In this document: positions 26,901 to 41,900 of the stretch, piece by piece
Layout: each line of letters starts with the position of its first letter
Position numbering within the stretch: the first letter of the stretch is position 1
Source: Mytilus edulis
Taxonomy: Eukaryota
Length of the DNA stretch: 64,000 bases
NCBI RefSeq assembly: GCF_963676685.1
Contig: NC_092353.1
Coordinates: forward strand, 68,014,001 to 68,078,000
Direction of reading: 5' to 3'
Position numbers and translations under genes: made by a program
Notes under the pieces: model-generated
Told to the model about the DNA's origin: nothing
The model's input: the letters and a program-made list of their open reading frames with translations, nothing else
Databases searched by the model: none

Positions 26901-29900
26901 TGTATGCCAGTGAAGTCTGAATGAAATGAATAAAAGAGACCAAGTTAAGTTCAATGTTGAAGAGCTATAAGGATTCAAAATTGCAAAAGGATTTTGCTTT
27001 AGTTAAAAATTATTGCAATGCTATTCCTTTTATAACCTACCTTAAATTAATGATTACCATTACAAATCTGTTTATTTCGGACTTTTCTCTGTTGTACATT
27101 TAATAGTTCATTTTGATATTTACAAATGTTTTCTTGAATTCAATGCTTGACAGTAGTAAATACTACTAATGTTTTCAAGTTCAATTAAACTATATATATC
27201 TAATAAAAACAGAATAAGGTATATTTTACAATTATAATGTATTCGTTCTCAATATCACACGATGTTTTAACCTGTTATCAGAATTCACGAATGCAATATT
27301 TACAATGAAAACTACATTTACCTACAGATTACAACAAATTCAAGAATACTGTCCATTGCTGAATTAGCTGATCTATGCAATACTATTACGGTACCAACGA
27401 GAAATGTTCATTTGCTTACCTTACAATCATTTCACACAGAACAACAATTCAGCAGACAAGTTAAGTATGTAGTATGTACGAAATTTGTCTTGCTTAAGCT
27501 TCAAATGGTTAAACGCAATAACTTGTTTAACTCCATGCATATATACTATTGGCAAAATTTAACACATTTTTACTAGGATTTTTGTATCCAGTGCTTATTT
27601 GTAGTTAATGTGGCATATAAAATACTTCCATTCTCTTGAAGCCCAACTGATGAATCTAATTTTCACAACACCAGCAATGAAAAAAAAACATGGCATCGTT
27701 GATGTCTATCGTTGATGTCTATTGATTCTGTTTGAAATATTGGATGAAATTTCATAAAAAAACATGGCATCGTTGATGTCTGTCGTTGATGTCTATTGAT
27801 TTTTTTTGAAATATTGTATGAAATTTCATTAAAAAAAATATGTTTATTGAAAACATGATACTTTTACAGCACCAATTAATATGACATTGGAGCAAACAAC
27901 CTTCGGTTTTACCCATGAATACTGAATGCTTAGCGGAAATCAGCAAATACAAAATGTCAATTTCATATCGTCTAAATATACTAAGACAAAAATGTCGTTC
28001 CCATGCAAATTTTACATTTGTCGGTTTTGCATTACTAATTATCGCTCACTTGTGGTATTTAATCACGAATGACATCTGTTGTTGTAATGCTTTTTGTTAC
28101 TCGTACAATTGATTTGTAACTGTTGTGTCCCTGCTTTACATTGCTAAATCGGTTAAACGACTGATAAAATCGTGAATGCTTCGAACATTTGCCATATTCC
28201 TGAATATGTTGATAGTGGTACAATTAATTGCTCTTAAGTGTAAGCCACATAATTGTATACACATTGTGTTGTTATTGTGTGCTTCATTGATATAAAAAGG
28301 AATTCTTAGAACATACGATAATTTATGTAAAAAACAAATTTACACATAGAAACATTTTACATATAACCATTTAAGCATTCTTTGGTGATTGTTATTGATT
28401 GAATTGATTTCAGATTATTTTATTAACGTCTGAAACTGTTTATTTATTAATTGTTGTGAGACAATTTTAGGTAACAGTAATTTGCATTGCAAATATTATG
28501 GATTGAAATAAAAAAAAATGTTATTGTCCTAATGATTAGTAACAATTTCAAAACCTTAGACTTTTTCTGACCTGCCAGGTGTTAACCCGACGCATTTATG
28601 CAACTCAATGCGAGAACGATATCACCTTAGAAACGAGGTGGTTACGAGAAGGAAGGTCATTATACCAGACTTAAAGTGTTTCGAATATAAATTAAGTCCC
28701 CTTATTGTTTATAAATTATCTTCTTATTATTACTTAATGTATTCATTTGATGTTCTTCGATAGCAACTACACAAAGCATATCCTATTTCAATTCATGCAT
28801 TGTCATTTTTATGTGTTTTTATAAAATTATCAATGAAAATCTTTTAAAAATATATCTAGTAAAAATATAGGAAAAATGATATATGACTCTTCAGCTAATT
28901 AGAACCAAAAAGGTTGAACCAAAAACAGAAATAAATATAATTATTAAGCACTCTATAACAATCCTTGTTTTACAGTTTATAAGAGTTAACATGTTCTTTA
29001 CATGAGCCAATTATTAACCTTGTTCCTGACTTCGTTTTCCATGATTTTCCAATTATTTAAATTGAAATACTCAATAAAAGAAAAACAATGTAAAGTTATG
29101 GCTATATTTATTCTACGGGAATAATTGTAAATGAAGACATATATTTATGTTATTCTAATTTTCATATAATTATTAATGATATTACCGTTAATAGTTATAT
29201 CATTATTTTACAGAAACTGTTTTGTTAAAAAGACTGGTAAAGCATCTTTGTTGATAATACAAAGTGAACGTGGTGATCAAAACTCTGAACTGATTGCGTG
29301 TGCTAGATATTCTGTCCAGAGAGAACTACAGGAAATATTTCAAGAAGACAATATATCAAAAGTTTATGTTATATTCTTAATTCAGCTGTCGGGAATGGCT
29401 GGAAGTTATTTTTCAGGGTTTCAGGTACATAATTGCGTTTGTTTTGAAACGCTGTACTAAAATTAATCATCGTATGGGAACTTTGTAGAAATAATTTATT
29501 GAATTTATAAATTTTCAGTTAACAGATTCAGCATATTTATATTGCTTTAAATATACTCTAGTTCCCACTTCTTTCATCGAATCATCCGTCATAAAAATCG
29601 AATTCACTAGTTAGTATTAAAATTAAGATTGATAAAAGATTGTCCTCAATTGTTATGTGACTTTTGTATAAACAAAAATAGTCAGAATAGATAATATTTT
29701 TGGATATACATAAATATTTGTGTTTGCAGTGCGGGACTTGGCAATCTGTGCATATAGACGATCTCCGGGCATCAAACAATATTCCACCTATAATGTTCTT
29801 GTTTGGAAAATCTGTGGCATCTGTTCTCTCTAGCACAAAGGAAAGTGAAATAACAGCTTCCTTAAATGAACGGATGAACATACAGACAAGAAGAGACAAC

Positions 29901-32900
29901 AACTTTTCAAATACAGATCATAATTTGAACTCAGAAGATCACTATGATTGTGCAAATCAACAGAAGACGGAAGCATATAGACTGCTTGATCATTTGATTC
30001 TTAATTGTATCCAGCGAGCTCTTGCATCTTTGAAGGATCCTGAGGACGACCTATTAAGGGCCACAGAAAGGTTGAAAAATACTCTGGATTTATTAGAAAA
30101 TAGTGAAGGTATGGTTATATTTTGAAACAATCTGACAAATTATTATTTAAAAAAAAATCTAGTACAGATTTATGACTTTTGAACAGCGGTATACTACTGT
30201 TGCCTTTATATAGTAATTTAATGTTTAGGTATTGAGAAAAAATTACATCATTGCAGTACAAAATGAGAAATAATAAAAACATACAAGACAAAAATGTGCC
30301 GAGTTCTTATTTCGAAAGTTTTGTGGTCTTCGATAAAAAGATATATTTGTATGGTATGTTATATATTTGTGTCATTTCATGCGTTTAAATATTTTTTCAT
30401 AGATTCAAATTTGGTTCTTTCTGGGATTAAAAAGCACGTTATAAATCTGATAAATGAAAAGGAAAGGAGGTTTGGATCAACATCCAATTGGTTATCATTA
30501 GAAGTCTCAAAGGTTGAAAATATCAACAAAGCAGGTACATTTAGGTAAGTTTCAACATATAAAATGCAGTCTGTTTTTAAATTCTGACGTTGAAAGGTGT
30601 AAATGTTGAGATCATAGTTTACATTACGGTATTTTCTTGGATAGCCTTTGCGTTCCGCTCACTTAAAATGTCCAATTGTATAAGGATAAAGGCAGCAGTG
30701 GGCTAAATACATCTTTCTAAGTTAATGTTACTGTTAAGATGCAGGTAAAGACAGTCTATACAATGTCTGACAAATAATTGTTATAATTTTGAATAAATGG
30801 ATTTCCTACTTCTCTCCACCATGGTGGTGTTGTGTTACTGTGCTAGCCTACTGTTCCGAATATAAGATAGCTGCGAATAACTCAGTTTGCATCGCTTTCG
30901 TTCGTTAATTTCTTACTATCTTTCTTTACGTATTGCGAGTATACAGAGAAACTTTTGAAAACTGCACAAAAAATATTATTTATAAGCTTTAGTGCTGTAT
31001 TTATTACTGAGACATTTGTATGAGTTTACTTCAATTGATCTTAACATTATTTTGTACACTTTCACATACATGGAGTTGTATTATAGTATATCAATTGCTT
31101 TGTTGTTTTCGTCGCAAAATGTAAGAAAGGTTGGTATTTCGTACTGCAATTATTCTAGAATGAATATAAAGGAACAAACAAAATGAATTCCTCATCTTTA
31201 TAAAATGTATACAACTAGATGAATGGTACCGTATATAACATGAAAATAATCTATCACGTAAGACCAGTCCAAAAACATATTTGAAAATAGTTCAGGGTAT
31301 GCATTCTAGTGCTAGTATTGCAATATTATATTAAAACGAATTACTGGCAAAAAAGTTCTTTATTTTTATTTTTTTTATATTTTAATAACGACTTTCAGGA
31401 AAAGTATTGTTCTCTGCTTAGAGTCCAGAGTTCTGTCAATATTGACAGGGATATTTGCGTTTATTGATACAAATAGAAATTTAGACATTCTGGTCAAAAA
31501 CACAAGTCAGAAGTGGAGTGTGAGTCTTTGGTTGGACATTTGGAATACTCCAGATATTACTCAGATAAGATATGAGGATATGGTTTCTCCAACAAAACAT
31601 CTAGAAGTAATGGAAGCGTCTACAAAAACGACATCAGTAGAAGGAAAATTGTTTTCAGCTAAAATGCCCTTTTCTTGGATTGTATTTGAACAGATACGGA
31701 ATATAATGAGACATGTAATAGACTCTGAAGAGAATAAAGGTAGCATTAACGTTTCATACCTTTCGTAAAAGACAACACAAGACAAAATTTAATTTAATGA
31801 TTAAAACGAAATTATGGGTTAACATCAATAAGACAGCTACTTTGTGATGCCAAACATATTAAGAAAACTATATTTCAGTGTTTACAAATGAAATAAATTC
31901 CCAGAGTTTCTGTTAAATATCAGCCGTTTGATAAAAACAAAGGGGAAAATACAGAATAAAATGTCTGCACCTATTGGCCCAAAGAGTCATATAAAGTATT
32001 GTCCGTCATCTATTCACACTTTGTTTATCTACAAAAGCTGTATCGACAATTCGAGTAAAACTTGACAGAAATCTTCATATTTTCATGTTTGTCGTAAATC
32101 TAGTTATGAAATGACGACAAGGACCAACAATGTATTCTGATTGCTTATAATAAATGAAGTATTGCCCCTATGAAACTGGAGTGAACCATTTATGTTAGGT
32201 CAACGATATTTGGTATGTAATTGTAATAAAATTAGCTTATAACCTTACTGTTGATTTTTCATGTTTGGGCTTTTTTATAGTCGATCACACGGTATGTTTT
32301 TTTTTCTCTCATTGTTTGCCTATAATTACTAACTCCCACTTTCATTTGAACTTTAGTGGACAGTTTTCTCATTGACAAACATACCAAATCTTCTCATTTG
32401 TACAAAAATAAACATATTGCGATTTTAGTTCAAACATTTGCCCTGTTAATTTCATAATTATATGAAAGTGAGACATGTTTTTTAAAATAGTTTATTGTGC
32501 CTATCAACTAGTACTACTATATAAAAAATTACCACCACAAACATACAAGAAATGCAAATATTTATAAGGACTAATATTTTGGAATTTCACAAGTTCAGGC
32601 AATTTTTTTTAATGTGTCACGGTTTCAGCGCGCCACATTATTAGTTTGCTTGTTTCAAGTAGGGTACCTGGTTATCAGTGGTTAGATGTAGGTTGGCGTC
32701 TTAAAAATGTATAATAATATGTTTTTACGATTATTGTTTTGAAATAAATCAGTTTCTTTTTTGTGATTTTTTTTTCACATATTGTAATGCCGTGGCCATT
32801 TTTTCATGACCATACGTTACGTACATGTATACGCTGATTGATGAACGCTAGACATTGGCATATTATTGACTCTGTAGGATAGTCCTTTCACTGTAAAACA

Positions 32901-35900
32901 TACCGCATATCTTATTGTTTATGGGGATCAGAAAATAGTTGTTAATGTTTACATATGCATGTACTTTAACTTTAATATTGGTTTCTTAATATGTATAAAT
33001 ATTTTTCACAGACGATCATACTCGTGTAACTTTGAAAGTGAGTGAAATTTTCCAGTCCATTCCTTTGGGAAATTTACTTAGTTCAGCAGATGGATCAAAC
33101 ATACACGATGTTCTTAAATGTTACATAGAAGACTTTGTGCACATTGTATACCCTTTTCATTCCGAGGATGAATGCAAGGTAATTTACTTAAAATGTAACG
33201 TTAACAAATTAAATGTTTTTATGCCCCACCTACGATAGTAGAGGGACATTGTGTTTTCTGGTCTGTGCATCCGTTGTTCGTCAGTCCGTTCGTTCGTTCG
33301 TCCGTCTGTTGCGCTTCAGGTTAAAGTAATTGGTCAAGGTTGTTTTTGATGAAGTTGACGTCCAATCAACATAAAACTTAGTACACATGTTCTCTATGAG
33401 ATGATCTTGCTAATTTTAATTTTTACCAAATTAGAGTTTTTACCCCAATTTAATCATAAACTGAACCTATAAAATGATAGTGCGAGTGGGGCATCCGTGT
33501 ACTATGGACACATACTTGTTAATCTTTTAATTATTTTAAAAGCTAATATCATTTGAGAAAAAAAATAATTGTATCATATAATATTTTGCAAGCTACTTGT
33601 TCAGCTTTTGAAAGTCCGTATTACGTGATCTTCTAATGTGTGATCTCACCGAAAAAGACTTACATGTTTCAACAAATAGTTACACGATGCCATTATTGAA
33701 TCAAAAACATAAATTAATCTCAATATTATTTCATTTGTGTAATATCTTTTAATGTTGATTTATCTGAATAAATATTGTTTAAACTAAGTTAATCTGTTGT
33801 TAGTATTCACTTCCTGTTAGTTTGCTGTGTCGTAACGATATTTTTGTCGGTAATATTATTGTATTTTCTTGGTTGTGAATAACAGAATAGCACATTGTTT
33901 AGTTCAAAGGACCTGTCCAAGTCACGATTTACTCACAACGAACAGCAAGCTATATAGAAAAGGCCCAACAAATTACTTGTGTAAAACCATTTAAACTGGA
34001 AAACCAACGGTCTAATCTATATAAAAAACGAAAATCGAGGAACACTTATGAACCATATCAACAAACGACAACTACTGAACATCAGATTTCTGACTTGGAC
34101 AGGTGCATACAATTGCAGCGGGTTTAAACTTTTTAATGTACAAAAGCTCCACTCTTATCGGAAACAATAGTGTACGTAACATCAATACATAGATTGAACT
34201 ATAAAATCTCAATTGAAATGGAAAATCTCAATCAAAAGACATATTAATACAAGTGAACATACACTGAATGAATAATTCATGAACAGTATTCTACTGCTGT
34301 GAAATGTCAAGTTTCAGAAAAACAACAATATGCTTGAACAAAAATCCGCCATTTTCCATAATATTAAACACAAGTAAATGGAAATAATTTTGTTTTGAGG
34401 TAAACATTTAATAAGAGAAAGGAGATGTATTTACAAAATAAATAATTTTCATGTTCATGGTACGAAGAAGTGAAAATTTATAGTAATTGTTTATGTACTA
34501 GATATAACCCTGAATAAGTAAAAATACCGATCCTGCAAGGGCTATATAGCCAGTCAAGGTCGTTAAAATTGTTCATTTGAATAAGTAAACATTAAATACC
34601 AGCAAAACATCACAAATTGTATCCACGGGATAATTAACAAGAAAGCACTTTAATAATTTCTCTTCAGTACAGTAGAATTTGACACCCACATTTACACAAA
34701 ACAAATAAATATTACGTGATTACCGTTTTCAGTTGGTTTGTGAAAACTTAGTAATTGGATGCAAGGTGTTGCTGAAAGGAGAATATGGTAATATTTTGCC
34801 ATCAATGGTTGCTTGTCATGTAGTGTATGAATTACATTCAGCTCAATTTACAAACTTTTCACACGTGGTATGTGTTTGGCCAGAATGCTGTGAGAGAATT
34901 TTTCAAATTCAGAAGTCGGGTCAAAATATTCTTGTGACCACAGAAGAAATAGTAAGTATTTAAACTTTTTTAGTTTATATTGCTTTTATGATGGTTCGTG
35001 AATTTAATTGAAGGTGCACACTTATTAACAGTTTATTTCAAATAAGGATATAAATAACCCATTTTTTTGGGAGATATTGATATTCCAATGTTTGTTTTCG
35101 GCGAAGACTATTATCCGAATTTAAATATCTTTCTTCCACCAAAAACCCTCGAATATGAAATAAAATGTATATATCGAATACTGTGAGTACATTTACATGA
35201 TTAATTCAGTATACATGAGGTGAAAATACCAAATAGATATTCACACTCATATGTCGAAAACGAGCTGACAAGGCCATGGTTATAAATAATCTTAGACTGT
35301 TTAAAGAAAAGGGGATATTTAATTTATCTTTTTATATTTTGTCATTTACTGTCTCATCTGCACGTCACACTATAACTTCTGTTTTATATGTCAAATTCAA
35401 AATATGTGTTTCACCATTGTAGACTATAGACATACTTGCCCTCACTCTGCTAATGGAAGATATAAAGCCTTCACGAGATTCTTTGTACAATCCTGAAGCA
35501 AGAGCAAAATGGTTGCGAAAAGTTTGTGAATATAGACCTGTTATTGAAAGAATCTTTGCAAATTTTAATATGGCATGCAATGCAAATGATTCCTACTACA
35601 GAAGATGTGAAAATGCTATTTTGAAGACCAGGTATTTCATGTAATGAATGATAAACGTTTCTAATATTCTTGCCTGTATAATGGAATTTAAATTAAGACC
35701 ATGAAACATTTTTGTCAAAAACACCATTTATGTAACGTTCAGATGAAAACGGGAAATCACAAAAATACTGAACTCTGAGGAAATTTCAAGACCTTAATCG
35801 AATTTGCAAAATCAAAATTCAAACAAGTGAAACGAACGGATAACAACTTTCATATTCCCTACTTGGTACAGGCATGTTTTTATGTAGATATATGGCAGAT

Positions 35901-38900
35901 TGAACCTGGTTTTATAGCTAGCTAAACTTCTCACTTGTATGACAGTGGAATCAAATTCCAATATGGTGACAATGATACGTGCTTCAAATTTTAAACATCC
36001 TCAATTTGCTTTTTCATTATACGATTGTATTTATCTTTGTAAAATCCACCGATAACGGATTGAAAGATTTTAAGTACTGGCGTAGAATCGTGCGTTTGAC
36101 AGGTAGATATTACGGTAAACGGACAGAAAGTCACAGGACAAAAAGTCACAGGACATAAAGTCACAAAAGTGATAGGACAAAAAGTCACAAAAGTGATAGG
36201 ACAAAAAGTCACAAATAATATGTTTTGACATTTTTTTTTTTTTAACAATTATTTAATCATCTTTGATATTTTTTGATAAATGTTGTTTACAAAGTTGGTT
36301 CATATACAATAGTTCAAGAAAAATACAAAAATATTTTTGTAGAAATAAGCGTTTTTTATTCAAAGAAAATAATCAGAAAAAATGAATTGTGACTTCTTTT
36401 CCGTGATTTGTTGTCTATGACTTTTTTTCTGTGACTTTTTGTCCTGTGGCTTTCTGTCCTACGTTCGAAATAATTTCGTCGTTGAAAGTATGACAGGATA
36501 CATAAGTACAGAGTCACGTCATATGGATATCGCAAAAAACAGAATTAACAGTAAAAGTAATATTAATGAAATAAGATATTTTTATCGTTCAAAATATGAC
36601 GGGATACATAAGAACAGAGTCACCTCAAATGGATATAACATAAAACAGACTAACAGTAAAAGTGATATTAACAAAATAGAATAGTTTCGTCATTCAAAGT
36701 ATGACGGGATACATAAGTACAGAGTCATGTCAAAAAGATATAAAAAAAAAACCAGACTTAACAGTAAAAGTAATATTAATGATTTAAGATATTTGTGTCG
36801 TTTAAAGTATGACGGGATACATAAGTACAGAGTCACGTCAAATGGATATAAAAAAAACCAGATTTAACAATAACAGTAATATCATAATAAAAAAATTGTC
36901 GTTCAAAGTATGACGGGATACTTTCTGTCCTACATTCGAAATAATTTCGTCGTTGAAAGTATGACAGAATACATAAGTACAGAGTCACGTCATATGGATA
37001 TCGCAAAAAACAGACTTAACAATAAAAGTAATATTAATGAAATAAGATATTTTTTCGTTCAAAGTATGACGGGATACATAAGAACAGAGTCACCTCAAAT
37101 GGATATAACATAAAACAGACTAACTGTAAAAGTGATATTAACAAAATAGAATATTTTTGTCATTCAAAGTATGACGGGATACATAAGTACAGAGTCACGT
37201 CAAATGGATATAAGAAAAAACAGATTTAACAATAAAAGTAATATCATAATAAAAAAAATTGTCGTTCAAAGTATGACGGGATACTTTTTATATTAGTGTT
37301 TAACTCCACTAGAGTTTTTTTTCTCTTATTTCGATGTCAAGACTCATAATATGATGCGACCTATGTTGCATTATTAGTGCGTAAATCATGCTTAGAATAA
37401 GAGTATTGATTTCAGATGTGATTGGACAAGGACGCTAGTAGTGAAACTGTTTATTGAGAATGTTTGCACCTGTGGCATAGGAACAGAAATTTTGTCTTCC
37501 CTGAAGCTTTGGAGTGTGAGTTGAAGACGATGTATTAATAAGCTAGAAATATTTTATCTTCCCCCCTTCTCTTCTTCTATAAAGTGACTGTAATGACACA
37601 TGTGACAATAAAAGCAGCTTTTGTTTTATTTACTTCCTTAATTCTTACTTAGGAATTCCTCAAGTAATGAGACCATAAAGGTTCATATCTGATAAATGTT
37701 TATCGTCTTAAAAATCCGGACCATACGAGTATATATGCTCATGATCATGACCATACGGTGCAAATCCTTAAATGGTCCGGATCAAAATTGTATCAAAAAC
37801 TGTGTGATTTTATATTTTAATTTCACGTTTACAGAATAAACTATTTAGTTAATTTATATATTAATGGCAATTGCTTTATTTTATGTTCCTCTTACAGAAA
37901 CTAGGGGAAAATACAAATTTAAAAGAACTATCTTCGCTCGAAAAAGTTGAGGCACATTTGATAAAGCAGAATGCAGAAGTACTTGCAAAATGCTTTGGGT
38001 AAATATCAAATATGTTAGTTTACACTTTGTTTTTCACAGTCAGTGACACTGATGAATATTAAAAGTTGTTTGATTAATTCGTATATAAGTCAATCGATTA
38101 TCTAATGTAATATTGCACATCAGATAATGCAATACATATTCGTTCGAAACGGTACTTTATCTGATAAATTGACTCAGGAAAATAATTGAATAGCTTTGGT
38201 TCATAATATTTTCATAATGAACTTTACTGTTTTAACTTATATTTATCGTCCGAATTGTTTTTCAAAATTTATTTTTTCTGAGTGAATGTTTACCTCAATA
38301 TCATTGGTTTACTGCTGAAACAAAACGCATCAGGTTGATATCGTAACAGAGATACAGAAAGTATTCTATCTATGAAATACGTACGCATCTAGATGCAAAC
38401 ACTTAAAATCAGATAATATATCACAAACAACAATTAGTAAAGGCAGTTCCTAAGTATTCAAATTAATATACGAAACATAGGAAATTATCCATCTATGTCT
38501 GAAGCAGACATTATTTTGGTTTTATATCATGGTAATACTCATTTAAAAATATATAGATTGTTAGATTGAATCGAAATTTCATATGAATTGCTTTGCTTAA
38601 TGAATCTGATTGAACAGGTTTAGTATGCGAAGCTGAAAATAAAATAGCTTGCTTATACTAATATGTTCATTGGTCAATTTCAGAATAATGTCGAAGTGTT
38701 GTATTTGTGAGGCTGATATTCAGGATATGCCTTTTACGTTGCCTTGTTCTCACATCATATGTAAAAAATGTTACTACCAGCTGATCAAGAACAAGCACAC
38801 ATGCGAGGTTTGTGGTGCAGAAATACCAGTGGATTTAAAACAAGGAGACTTAGTCAATAGGTATTCGATCAATATTATCTCGGAATTATTATAAGTAAAA

Positions 38901-41900
38901 TTTATTATTCATCATATACTAAAGTTACATTTATATTGCTACAATAGCAAATTAAGAGAGCCGTGGTGTAGTGGTTAGGGCATCAGACTACTAACACAAT
39001 GGTTCCTGGTTCGATGCCCGTTCCTGGATGAAAATTTCAGGGACTGACTTTTCGCCTCTCCCTTGACACCATATGCGAGTATGGTCTTAAGGAAACGATG
39101 ATAGTCCGTTGGAAGGGGACGACAAATGGCTCACCCGTGTTAAGAGAGAGCAATATCTCTTGCACGTTAAAGACATCCTTATAGATTTCGAAAAAGAGCA
39201 GGCTAATGCCGCTACAAGGCAGCACGCGCACACGAACAGTTGAAAGGGATTAATATAAGTTACAAAACTTGTTTCCCAATCGGCTATAAAAGAGGGACGA
39301 AAGATACCAAAGGGACAGTCAAACTCATAAATCTAAAACAAACTGACAACGCCATGGCTAAATATGAAAAAGACAAACAGAAAAACAATAGTACACATGA
39401 CACAACATAGAAAACTAAAGAATAAACAACACGAACCCCACCAAAAACTAGGGGTGATCTCAGGTGCTCCGGAAGGGTAAGCAGATCCTGATCCACATGT
39501 GGCACCCGTCGTGTTGCTTATGTGATTACAAATCCGGTAAATAGTCTAATTTGGTAGGTCACATTCATGAAAGGGAAGGGGATTGTAAGGAACATATCCG
39601 ATATCATTTGTGAAACGGTTATTCCATAACGGTCAATCAACTCGTGATGGCGTCCGATTCATATAAATGAATATGTTTAAACTAAACAAATGTCCCAATG
39701 CTTCTGAGAATATCGTTCACATTTACAAGATTGATTGATTGATTGTTGGTTGCTTAACGTCCAGTGGCAAATATTTCAAACATATTCAGGACGAGAACAA
39801 GTTCACAATAAATACAATAGGTAGGCCATAAGGGATGATGGTCGGGGAAATTTCGACTGCGACTGGAAAATGAGGGTATATTGGATAGGGACAGAAATTT
39901 TGCCTTACAACAGACCACCTACGGGCCCTCAAAGAGTTGTTGTAATGGTTCTTAACGTACAAAGAGCGTGGCACTCTCTTTACACGAGACATCGGATTTA
40001 ACGTCCCCATTCTGACTGGACGTGACAGCGAATTTAATACATCCCGCACAGCCAAACGGACGACCCACTTCGGCAAGCGTTTTACTGCCAGTCGGGAAAA
40101 GACCAAGTGACCATATTTCTATTCCCCAGTCACCCTTGGGGTCACATTTACAAGATGTTTTTATACAAAGCAGCAGAGCTGATTGCAAATTTTTATCCAA
40201 AAAAACATCGACATTTAGGTGTATTACCACAAAATCATAGAACGTCACATCCGGTTGCATACGAAAAAGGTCGAACAATATATTCCCATGAACTGATAGT
40301 TGTAGATTATACATCCTACATTTAATTGAGTAAACAAATTCTGGGTCATAAACATATATTTTGGGTATTTTCAAAGCACCATTTTTTTCATTTGGGGCTT
40401 CGATAGAATATTTCGGAAACTTGAGATTACATGGTTACTAAAGCTGTACATAGATAAAAAAAAAAAAAAAAAAAAAGAGGATGAAAAGTTGACTGGTTAA
40501 ATTCCAGTGATTGTTATTTTCTTATGCAATGAAATTTTATGTGAAATTTTGTCTATAGTACTGGACAGGATAAAACTTTACTCATGCCAAATATTGCTTT
40601 ATTTGAAACAAAGATGAATCGTTCACACTTTTTTGAAAAGTTAAAATTTAACAAAGAAAAATAGGGAAAAATCAATGGTGATGTTACATCTTTAATCTTT
40701 TTGGGCTTCATATCTTTGTTCTTTATCTATCCGTGATAGTAATGTTATTTTCGTTTGAATTTGTTTTCAGAGAAAATGTTGAAAAGTATGAGAACTTCAG
40801 GATTAGATGCAATAGTTTTTTCATGGAGGTTGTATCACAGTTGTGCTTTTCGGAAGGAAGTTTGCCATCAGAAGCTGTAATGAACAAGCTTTTATCTTAT
40901 ATAATTGGAATAGATCAGAGTGAGAGAGGGAAAACAATTGTGTCAAGGCAGTTTACTGTGTTTCATGATGCCATTGATCCCAATCCTGTCGTTAGATCTT
41001 TCTTACTACAAGAGATTATGCAGACAAGGTGATTTAATTTCGCATTCATACTTCCCACTTTTCCGATATATAGTTCATATGAATTAGTAGACATTTTTAT
41101 ATGAGTGTCAATAGATAGTTTTAAACACCAGTCGAATGATGACAAATTATACATCATGAGGAATTAATCGAATGCCCAAAATGACAAAATATTCGATGCT
41201 ATCGACAAACTATTAAAACATTACCGCTGAAATGTATCGTTTTATACACAACAGTACAATTAACTTTCTGTCATCAATTATGATGATTCCGTTATACTGT
41301 ATACTTCTTATCATGATAAAATATGCCATTAATACTGTGTAAGTTATATCATATCTATTTATTTAAATTAGATATTCTAAATACTAGTTTTAACAACCAA
41401 CAGCCTGTCAGACAGTTGTCGTATGTCACATATGACTATTTTGCGTGATTTGCAGAATTTAGGGTCAATTACAGATCTGTGATTGCTTCTATTAAATTTA
41501 TTTACCACTTCAATAAAAGTTGAGAAGACTTACAACTAGACATATTGAACATACACTTGTCTATTGTAGAAAACTATATTTTAGCATACAGATGTCCCTT
41601 GAACATTTTTATGGCCCCACAACGAAGTTGTCGGTGCCATATAGTTTTACCCTTGTCCGAAATTCCGTCATTCCGCAACACACCATTATACGCAATTTTT
41701 TTCTAAACGCCTTCAGATATTGGGCTAATTTTTGGTATGTGAGTTAACCATGATGAGTTACAGATCGAGTTTAAGTTTCGTTCAGCTCGGCTCATTTTTG
41801 CCGAAATTACGGGCTTTGGACTTTGATAAATTGTTGAAAATTAAAGTTGTATGGAGTTTTTTTCTAAACGCCTTCAGATATTAGGCTGATTATTTTGTAT

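Noticed and set aside
36439-37113. Repetitive ORFs (MTGYISTESR...)
   Set aside because: They are translations of the ~105-bp tandem repeat.
38956-39030. tRNA gene
   Set aside because: A and B boxes are present, but there is no clean cloverleaf or terminator and it runs into a SINE body.
39786-40374. Four overlapping ORFs of 72-140 aa
   Set aside because: They lie largely in a GC-richer SINE and show no protein features.
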